The position numbers and the translations under genes were made by a program. This document shows, one piece after another, positions 45,239 through 52,881 of a DNA stretch of 64,000 bases; the stretch's first letter is position 1, and every line of letters begins with the position of its first letter. The stretch is taken from NCBI GenBank assembly GCA_963668465.1, contig OY764542.1:2688520-2752519 (forward strand). The letters are read 5' to 3'. Origin of the DNA: Dehalococcoidia bacterium. GTDB taxonomy: Bacteria; Chloroflexota; Dehalococcoidia; Lucifugimonadales; Australimonadaceae. The notes below the pieces were generated by a model. The model saw nothing but the letters and a program-made list of their open reading frames with translations. It was not told where the DNA came from and searched no databases.

Positions 45239-46375
45239 GTGACGAGCGCAAGAGTGTACGACGCCATCGTGATCGGCGTCGGCGGAATGGGCAGCGCAAC
45301 GGTGTACCAACTCGCGAAGCGCGGGCTTCGCGTGCTGGGGCTCGAGCGCTTCCGCGTCCCGCACGAGATGGGATCGTCCCACGGCATCACGCGCATCATC
45401 CGGCTCGCCTTCCACGAGGGACCGAAGTACGTGCCTCTGGGGCTTCGCGCATACGAATTGTGGCATGAGCTGGAGGAGCGCGCGGGCGAGCAGGTGCTGC
45501 ACATCACCGGCTCCGTGCACGCGGGCGTTCCCGGCTCCACAGGCTTCGAGAACACGCTGCGCGCCTGCGTGGAGCAGGACGTGCCGCACGAGGTGCTGTC
45601 GAGCGCGGAGGTGTCGGCGCGCTTCCCGGGCTACGGGCTGCCGCCGGAGATGTCGGCGGTCGTCCAGCCGCAGGGAGGCTTCCTCACGCCGGAGCGATGC
45701 GTCGAATCGCACGTGACCGTTGCGCGTGGCTTGGGTGCCGAGGTTCGTGAAGAAGAGCAGGTGCTCGACTGGGAGGCGTTCTCCGGCGGCGTGCGTGTCC
45801 GGACGGAGTCGGGCACGTACGAGGCAGGTGCGCTCGTGCTCACGGCGGGCGCGTGGGCGGGGAGGCTCGTGTCGGAACTCGCGGAGACCGCCGTGCCGGA
45901 GCGCCAGGTCATGGGCTGGTTCGAGCCTGAAGACTCCGCCCTGATCGCGCCGTCGCGCTTTCCCGTGTTCATCGTCACGATGGACGGCGACGAATACTAC
46001 GGATTCCCTGAGTTCGGCGTTCCGGGCCTCAAGCTCGGCAAGTTCGACAACACGGGCGTCGCAGCCGACCCCGACGCCCTCGACCGGACGTGGCGCTCAG
46101 ACGACGAGGAGATGCTGCGCGAGTTCCTGCGCCGCTGTTTCCCCCAGGCGGCGGGCCGCCTGCTGCGGATGGCGGTCTGCATGTTCACCAACTCGCCGGA
46201 CAAGCACTTCATCATCGGGAAGCACGCCGTGTGGCCCCAGGTATCGTTCGCTGCGGGATTCTCCGGCCACGGGTTCAAGTTCTGCAGCGTGATCGGCGAG
46301 ATCATGGCCGACCTCGCCGAGCGCGGAGAGACGCGCCACGACATCTCCCTATTCTCCCCCACCCGCTTCGCCTGA
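45239..46375 (+). CDS. FAD-dependent N-methyl-L-tryptophan / sarcosine oxidase family protein
   Basis: YDAIVIGVGGMGSATVYQLAKRG dinucleotide fold and a MSOX-type covalent-FAD Cys context (AVCMFTNSPDKHFII). Confidence 0.85.
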   Translation: MTSARVYDAIVIGVGGMGSATVYQLAKRGLRVLGLERFRVPHEMGSSHGITRIIRLAFHEGPKYVPLGLRAYELWHELEERAGEQVLHITGSVHAGVPGSTGFENTLRACVEQDVPHEVLSSAEVSARFPGYGLPPEMSAVVQPQGGFLTPERCVESHVTVARGLGAEVREEEQVLDWEAFSGGVRVRTESGTYEAGALVLTAGAWAGRLVSELAETAVPERQVMGWFEPEDSALIAPSRFPVFIVTMDGDEYYGFPEFGVPGLKLGKFDNTGVAADPDALDRTWRSDDEEMLREFLRRCFPQAAGRLLRMAVCMFTNSPDKHFIIGKHAVWPQVSFAAGFSGHGFKFCSVIGEIMADLAERGETRHDISLFSPTRFA

Positions 46376-46408
46376 CCCCACACGGTCATCTGACCCCCTC
46401 CCCCTCCA

Positions 46409-46573
46409 CCGCTCATGGTGAGCCTGTCGAACCACCCTGCGAAGGCACGCGCTTGACCGCGCAACCTCGCAGCCCCTTATCCCTTCCCCCTCGATGGGGG
46501 AATGTCAGGATGGGGGTGAACAGGGCGGTGTCTGGCCCTGTAGGGGCGGTTCGCGAACCGCCCTGCCCCCTAC
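46409..46573. repeat. composite REP cluster (families C + D + A)
   Basis: Family C at 46409-46440, D at 46476-46520, A at 46540-46573. Confidence 0.85.
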
Positions 46574-47847
46574 TGGGGCGTCCGCGGTTTCGGCGACAGC
46601 GCCAGCAGCATCAACCCTGCCAACAGGGCGCCCGCCGCCGCAAGCCAGCCCACGGTGAAGCTCGTCAGGTCGAACAGCATCCCCAGGACGGGCGTGCCGA
46701 TGCCGGTCATGATCAGCGTGATCGGTGTCGCAGCCCCTCGCACCGCGCCGATGTGATCGCGTCCGTAGTAGGCGGGCCAGATGTGCGTCTGCGTGAGCAT
46801 CCCCGCGCCGAGCCCGATGCCCGCCAGCGCAGCGCCTGCGAACCCGTGCCACGTCGTGCTGGCTACCGCGGCGACGAGCATCCCGGCTGCCACGCTCGCG
46901 AATCCGGCCATCGCTACGTAGCGGGGCTGCACACGGTCCATCCACGGCGCGATGACGATGGCCGAGGCGACCTGGGTGAACGCCTGCACGGAGAAGGCAA
47001 GCGCGGCTACCTGCGGGGAGATGTCCAGCGATCGGAGGAATGCGACCCAGAACACGCCCACGGTGCCCATCGCGGCCATGAGCAGTCCAAAGGCCACGCT
47101 GATGCGCCAGAAGGCGCCGGTGCGCATCGACTGCCGGACGGTCCACGAGTATTCGAGGCGGTGCTCCATCCGGGCGCGTTCGTTGGCATCGAGCGAACCG
47201 GACTCGCCGTCGGGGAGCAGGCCGAGGTCCGACGGCTTGTTGCGGACGAACGCCAGGGAGATGGCAGCGATGGAGAGCCCGCCGATGATGCCGAGGATGA
47301 ACCACGCGTCGCGCCAGCCCACGGTGTCGACCAGCATCTGCGTGATCGGGCTGGAGATGCCGATGCCGAAGGGGATGCTGGGGAAGAAGACCGACATGGC
47401 GCGTCCGCGCTTGCGGACGAACCACTTGGCGATGGGGATGGTGAGGAAGAGCGTGCTGCTGCCCCAGAACCCCATCATCCCGCTGAACAGCGCGAGACCG
47501 ATCATCTGCCAGCCCGAGTTGATGAGGCTCATCGACGCTGCTGCGCCGCCGAGCATGAGGCCGGCCACCGCAAGCGGCACGCGGGAGCCGCGGCTGTCGA
47601 GGAGGCGTCCGATGAACGGGCCCGAGAGCGCGAAGCCGAATAGGCGCGCGGACAGCGCCCAGCCGAAGGCGCTGTTCCCGAGCCCCAGCTCCTCGCTCAT
47701 GGGCGCGACGAAGATGCCGAAGTTGCCGATGCCTACGAACATGCTGGCGCCCCCGGCAACGCCGAGGGCGGCAACGATGACCCAACCGTAGTAGGGACGT
47801 GAGGGGCGTGACGAACGGCGCGCCTGGCCGGGGAGCGGCTGCTCCAA
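46570..47847 (-). CDS. MFS transporter
   Basis: 425-aa ORF with 12 hydrophobic segments. Confidence 0.85.
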   Translation of the reverse strand: MEQPLPGQARRSSRPSRPYYGWVIVAALGVAGGASMFVGIGNFGIFVAPMSEELGLGNSAFGWALSARLFGFALSGPFIGRLLDSRGSRVPLAVAGLMLGGAAASMSLINSGWQMIGLALFSGMMGFWGSSTLFLTIPIAKWFVRKRGRAMSVFFPSIPFGIGISSPITQMLVDTVGWRDAWFILGIIGGLSIAAISLAFVRNKPSDLGLLPDGESGSLDANERARMEHRLEYSWTVRQSMRTGAFWRISVAFGLLMAAMGTVGVFWVAFLRSLDISPQVAALAFSVQAFTQVASAIVIAPWMDRVQPRYVAMAGFASVAAGMLVAAVASTTWHGFAGAALAGIGLGAGMLTQTHIWPAYYGRDHIGAVRGAATPITLIMTGIGTPVLGMLFDLTSFTVGWLAAAGALLAGLMLLALSPKPRTPQ

Positions 47848-47851
47848 GAGG

Positions 47852-48760
47852 CTAGCTGCTCTCTTCTTCGCCGGGGCCGGTCAGTTTGCCGAGGAACTCC
47901 TCGACGGAGGGCGGGAGCGGTGGAAGCTCCTTCTTCTCCTCGGACTGCCGCTCCTGCTGGCGCCTGCCGCGCCTGGCGTCGTAGTCCGACTCCAGCCGTT
48001 CGACGAGCGACTTCACCTGCGCGTTGCGCTGCATCTCAGAGGTGACGCGTGCGTACTGCTGGGTGTCGCGCTGGCTGGCGGCGTACTCGGCGGGAAAGCC
48101 GTAGAGGGTAGAGAGCACCTGGAGCATCTTCGAGCGTCCCGCGAAGTCGGCTTCGAGTTCCACGTAGTGGGGGAGCCTGCACATGAGCATCATGTTGTCG
48201 ACCCCGCTCGCACTGATGCGGTCGCCGACCATGTTCATGATGGACGTAGGGCCCTGGTACGGCCTGCGCCGGTTGCCCTCGACGCCCTCCACGCCCTGCA
48301 GCGGTTCGCCGTTGAGGGTGCCCATGACCAGGAGCGGCCGCGTGTGAGGGACGGCGTCGTACATCGCGCCGATCCGGCAGAAGCGGTCCACGTTCAGGTA
48401 GGAGATGACCTCCACCAACGCCTCGATGTACTCCTCCGCGTTGGAGTGCGGCTCCAGCATGTGCAGGAAGATGAAGTCGTGGCTGCCGAGGCCGGTGGCC
48501 CAGCGCAGGTCGGCGTTGGGGACGCGCATCTTCCGCTTGCCGTCCTCGAAGTAGACGACCGGCCGGTAGCGCGTGAAGTCGAAGAAGTGCCCCGGCTTCG
48601 CGAGCGAGCCCAGGTCACGGGCGCGCATGTAGCGCTCCAGCCGCTCGATGCTCAGCGACCCGACGCTGCCGGCGTCGATCCACGGCGTCAACGACGCGAT
48701 GATGTGCGGCGACCGCAACTCCGGCAGAGGCTCTTGTATCTCGAACTCGCCTACTCTCAT
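47852..48760 (-). CDS. PAC2 (proteasome assembly chaperone 2-like) family protein
   Basis: 302-aa ORF. The N-terminus EPLPELRSPHIIASLTPWIDAGSVGS fits the bacterial PAC2 family as I remember it. Confidence 0.7.
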   Translation of the reverse strand: MRVGEFEIQEPLPELRSPHIIASLTPWIDAGSVGSLSIERLERYMRARDLGSLAKPGHFFDFTRYRPVVYFEDGKRKMRVPNADLRWATGLGSHDFIFLHMLEPHSNAEEYIEALVEVISYLNVDRFCRIGAMYDAVPHTRPLLVMGTLNGEPLQGVEGVEGNRRRPYQGPTSIMNMVGDRISASGVDNMMLMCRLPHYVELEADFAGRSKMLQVLSTLYGFPAEYAASQRDTQQYARVTSEMQRNAQVKSLVERLESDYDARRGRRQQERQSEEKKELPPLPPSVEEFLGKLTGPGEEESS

Positions 48761-48829
48761 GGCCCTATAGTGTTCCCCTCATGCGCGGATTGCAACCCTT
48801 CTGTGGGAGAATCCGCACCGGTCTGTGAC

Positions 48830-51148
48830 CTACCGGGACGCCTGCCGCGTGGCGCGCCACACGCGCTCCGCCGTGAACGGGATGTCCACCATCGGCGCGC
48901 CGATCTGCCGCAGCGCGTCGTGGACGGCGTTGGCGAGCGCGGCGGGGCTGGCGCACGACGGCATCTCGCCGATGCCGCGCACGCCGAGCGCGCCGTTCCT
49001 CGCCTCCGTCGCATGCGTCTCGACCACCATGTGCGGCAGGTCCTCCGCAAGCGGCATCGCGTAGTCCATGAACGACCACTCGCGCGGGCGTCCGTCGTCA
49101 GCGTAGGAGACAGCTTCGCACATCGCCTCACCGAACCCCTGTACGACGCCTCCGTGTATCTGACCCTCCACGATGATCGGGTTGATGAGGTTCCCCACGT
49201 CGTGCACGGCAACGAAGTCCCGGGCGCGTACGTCTCCCGAGTCCGGGTCGATTTCCACGTACGCGATGTGCGTGGCGAACGCGAAACTCCCCGGCGGCAG
49301 CGTGAAGGTCGAGTAGTGCCGGAACCCGCCGTCTGCATCCCCCGCCATCCCGGCGAGCCTGCCGAGCGGCACGGACCGCGCCGGGTCCGAGCGCGAGACA
49401 GCCGCGCCGCCCTCGAGCGTCACGTCGTCCACAGGCGTTTCGAGCAGGTGCGACGCCGCGTCCAACAGCTTGTCGTGCGCCTGGCACGCGGTCTGGTAGA
49501 CGGCGTGCCCGCCGATGACGAGTCCTCGGCTGGCGTAGGTGCCCGCGCCCGGCCCGAACGGTTGGATGGCGTCGCTGTCGCCGTGCTTCACGGTGATGTC
49601 GTCCGGCGATACGCCGAGAGCGTCCGCCGCTATCTGCGCGAACGTCGTCGCGTTGCCCTGCCCGTGCGGTGAAATGTCGGTCGTGAGGCGGACGTGGCCG
49701 TCCGCATCGATGTCGACCGCTGCGGCGCTGGAGCGCGCGGCGTCGCCGCCCGTGCCCCCGGAGCCCTTCGTCGACAACGCGATGCCGAGTCCGACCGTGC
49801 GGCCCTCCTGCCGCTCGCGGTCGCGCCGCGCCAGCAGGTCGCCGTACCCCGCGACCTCGAGCGCCCGGTCGAGCACTGGCTCGTAGTCGCCGTCCACGTA
49901 CGGGGTGCCGGACATCGTCGTGTAGGGGAACTGGTCCGGCGGTATGAGGTTCCGGCGCCGCACGACGACGGGGTCGATGCCCAATTCCTCCGAGACGAGG
50001 TCCATCATCCGCTCCATGCAGAACGTGCCCTCCGGCTGTCCCGCGCCCCGGTACGAGGTGATGGGCGGCCGGTTCGTCATCAGGCAGACCTGCTCGCCGT
50101 CGAAGGCGGGCACGTGATACGGACCGGTGAAGCGCTTCACCGCGTTGTCCGGCGACGTGAACGCGCCGTTGATCCAGTAAGCGCCGAGGTCCGACAGGAA
50201 GCGCCCCCTGAGTCCGAGTATCTGGCCGTCGTTCTTGACCGCTGCCTCGACGTGCGCCTCCAGCCCCCGGGCGTGGGACGAGTGGATGTTCTCGCTCCTG
50301 TCCTCCACCCACTTCACGGGGCGGCTGAGGCGCATCGCGAGGATGATGGCCGCAGCCTCCTCGGGGTAGACGTGGTGCTTGTGCCCGAAGCCGCCGCCCA
50401 CGTCCGGCGTGATGACGCGCACGTGGCCCGGCATCGTCAGCGCCTCCTCGATGTGGTGCTGGGTGTCGTGCGGCGACTGGTTGGACGACCAGAACGTGAG
50501 GTCGCCGGAGGCGTCGAAACTCGCGATACAGCCCCGGCCCTCCATCGGCATCGGCGCGAGGCGCGGGATGACGAACGAGGCGGAGACGACCCGGTCGGCG
50601 GCTGCGAAGGCGCCGTCCACGTCGCCTCCTCCCGAACGCTGCGACGCTCCGACGTTCGACCCGATCACGGGATGGAGCGTGGGATAGTCGCCGTCCGCTG
50701 CACGCTGCAGGTCGTTGATGGCTTCCAGCGGCTCGTAGACGACCTCGACGCGGGCGGCGGCGTCGGTGGCCTGCGCGGCCGTTTCCGCTGCGACGGCGGC
50801 GACGGCCTGCCCTGCGTAGAGCGCCCGCCCCAGCGCGAGGATGGGGTGCGCGCCACCCGGGTTGATCTGCATCCCCGGCCTGCCGATGCTCTCCAGCACC
50901 GCGCCTTCCTCCACGTCGTCCGACGTGATGACGGCAAGCACGCCGGGCATCGCCAGCGCCTCGCTCGCGTCGATGCGCTCGATGCGCGCATGCGCGTGCG
51001 GGCTGCGTACGATGGCTGCGTGCGCCATGTTCGGAAGCGTCATGTCGGCGATGAACTCGCCATTGCCACGGAGGAGGCGGTCGTCCTCGAAGCGGGGGAT
51101 CGATTGTCCGGTGTAGGGAGTGCTGGCGTCTGGTGTTGTCGTAGTCAT
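48830..51148 (-). CDS. xanthine dehydrogenase/CoxL family molybdopterin-binding large subunit
   Basis: 772-aa ORF. a/b-hammerhead start (IPRFEDDRLLRGNGEFIADM), then Mo-cofactor domains (GGGFGHK ... ). No small or medium subunit gene lies adjacent. Confidence 0.9.
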   Translation of the reverse strand: MTTTTPDASTPYTGQSIPRFEDDRLLRGNGEFIADMTLPNMAHAAIVRSPHAHARIERIDASEALAMPGVLAVITSDDVEEGAVLESIGRPGMQINPGGAHPILALGRALYAGQAVAAVAAETAAQATDAAARVEVVYEPLEAINDLQRAADGDYPTLHPVIGSNVGASQRSGGGDVDGAFAAADRVVSASFVIPRLAPMPMEGRGCIASFDASGDLTFWSSNQSPHDTQHHIEEALTMPGHVRVITPDVGGGFGHKHHVYPEEAAAIILAMRLSRPVKWVEDRSENIHSSHARGLEAHVEAAVKNDGQILGLRGRFLSDLGAYWINGAFTSPDNAVKRFTGPYHVPAFDGEQVCLMTNRPPITSYRGAGQPEGTFCMERMMDLVSEELGIDPVVVRRRNLIPPDQFPYTTMSGTPYVDGDYEPVLDRALEVAGYGDLLARRDRERQEGRTVGLGIALSTKGSGGTGGDAARSSAAAVDIDADGHVRLTTDISPHGQGNATTFAQIAADALGVSPDDITVKHGDSDAIQPFGPGAGTYASRGLVIGGHAVYQTACQAHDKLLDAASHLLETPVDDVTLEGGAAVSRSDPARSVPLGRLAGMAGDADGGFRHYSTFTLPPGSFAFATHIAYVEIDPDSGDVRARDFVAVHDVGNLINPIIVEGQIHGGVVQGFGEAMCEAVSYADDGRPREWSFMDYAMPLAEDLPHMVVETHATEARNGALGVRGIGEMPSCASPAALANAVHDALRQIGAPMVDIPFTAERVWRATRQASR

Positions 51149-51189
51149 GGGCGGGATTCTAGCCTCCCTCGTTCGTTCATGTTTCCACC

Positions 51190-51410
51190 GTCATTCCCGC
51201 ACCGGCGGGAATCCAGGGTGGTGTAGGGGCAGGTTTGAAACCTGCCCCTACCGGGGGCGGGGACGGGGGTGCGCCGCAAGCACTGGCGGGGCGCGTCCTG
51301 TCGCTTCCCCATTTTCATTCCCGTACACGGCCTGACAAGGCCCTGGGCCGTCCCTGCGAAGGCAGGAACCTCGTCCCCTGGGTGTAGGGGCGGTTCGCGA
51401 ACCGCCCCTG
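51190..51410. repeat. composite REP cluster (family B, family A variant, B variant, family A)
   Basis: Family B at 51190-51215. A variant at 51223-51250 (gtaggggcaggtttgaaacctgcccctac). B variant at 51351-51371 (gtccctgcgaaggcaggaacc). Family A at 51385-51410. Confidence 0.85.
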
Positions 51411-51423
51411 CGGGAGGCCATCG

Positions 51424-52503
51424 TTACAGACCGTAGAAGGTCCAGGGGTTGTCCTCGAGGATCTTCCGCTTCGCGGTCTGGCTGAACTCTCCCTCGTCGG
51501 CCCTGCGGCGCAGGATGTCTATGGCGCCGATCTCAGCCGACAGGTCGGCGTGCGAGTAGTCGGTGCCGATCATCAGGTGGTCCTCGGTGCCGAACGTCAG
51601 CAGATACGGGATGTCCTCCTGCGATTGGCAGGTCACATAGAGCCGGTGCTCGTGGAAGAGGTCGCTCAGGTCGTCCGAGTAGGTGAACGTCCTGTATGCC
51701 CACGCCATGCGCTCCCGGCGGGCGTAGAGCCTGTCGACCACGAACGGGATCCAGGACGACCCAGCCTCGATGAAGCCGAACCGCAGTCTCGGGAACCTGA
51801 ACGCGAGGCCGGAGAAGACGATGGCGTGGAACGCGTCTATGACGTTGGTGCCGGTGACCCCGTCGCCGAGGAGCGGCGCGCTGCTGCCGGCGGGCGGGTC
51901 GCCCGAGCCAGTGTGCATGCAGAGCGCAAGGTCGAGGTCGTTCGCCTCCTGGTAGACCGGGAAGAAGTAGGGATCGGTCACGCGCCTGCCCAGCTCCGTT
52001 GCCAGCTTGAAGACCCCGCAGGCCCCGTGCTCGCTCGCCCAGCGGACCTCATCCACGGCGGCTTCGATGTCCAGCATCGGCAGGACGGCCACCCACCGGA
52101 GGCGTCCGTTGCTCTCGGCGGACCTGTCGGCCATCCAGCGGTTGTAGCTCTTGCAGATGGCGGTCTGGGCGTGCGGGTCGTTCGTCAGGTAGGTGAGGAA
52201 CATCGTGGGGTACATGACGTGCACGTCCACGCCCATCTCGTCCATGTGCCGCAGGCGGGTCTCGACGTTCCTCAGCTCGCGGGCGTCGATGGTCGTGCCG
52301 GTGCGCCGGTCGTCGCGGATGCGGCGGATCGACAGGTTGCTGCCGATGAGCCAGTGCCTCGTGTAGCCGGGGGCGGGAGCGCCATCGCCCATGTCCTCGG
52401 TAGGAACGACCGTGACCGGCTTGTAGCGCGCGTCCTCGGGCGGCATGTAGCGCCACGTCTCCTCGCATTCGTCCACGTGCGTGTCGGCATCGACCACAGC
52501 CAT
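51424..52503 (-). CDS. amidohydrolase-2 (ACMSD/LigW-like metal-dependent hydrolase/decarboxylase) family protein
   Basis: Start ATG 52503 (MAVVDADTHVDE), 7 nt after GGAAGGAG. D-x-H start motif and C-terminal GTDYSH. The track ORF (685 aa) extends antisense into the znuA-like gene. Confidence 0.85.
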   Translation of the reverse strand: MAVVDADTHVDECEETWRYMPPEDARYKPVTVVPTEDMGDGAPAPGYTRHWLIGSNLSIRRIRDDRRTGTTIDARELRNVETRLRHMDEMGVDVHVMYPTMFLTYLTNDPHAQTAICKSYNRWMADRSAESNGRLRWVAVLPMLDIEAAVDEVRWASEHGACGVFKLATELGRRVTDPYFFPVYQEANDLDLALCMHTGSGDPPAGSSAPLLGDGVTGTNVIDAFHAIVFSGLAFRFPRLRFGFIEAGSSWIPFVVDRLYARRERMAWAYRTFTYSDDLSDLFHEHRLYVTCQSQEDIPYLLTFGTEDHLMIGTDYSHADLSAEIGAIDILRRRADEGEFSQTAKRKILEDNPWTFYGL

Positions 52504-52881
52504 CGGCTCAGCTCCTTCCCCGACTTCGACTCGACACTCGGAGCACCAACGCCGCGAGCATAAGCCGGGCGCCCGGCGGTGTACAGTCCCGCCGGGCATC
52601 GGGGTGGACCGGGAGACCGACAGGACCCATCCGTGAGCCGCAGCGGCCACCAACCGCCCGTCCCATGCGGGAACGGCGGGGTTCGGGCTGGTATCATCTT
52701 CGCTGCTATTGATACAACGTATTGACAATATGCAGGCGTGTTTGGTTCTATCTATGCCGTCACGCCGTTCGGGCACCGGGCTGAACCTGCACCATCGACT
52801 CATAGTGGATGCAGATGCGCAGCAAAGGCCGCGCAGGTCTCCCTGTGCACGGACCATGTATACCCTTATGGAGGCGATAGA

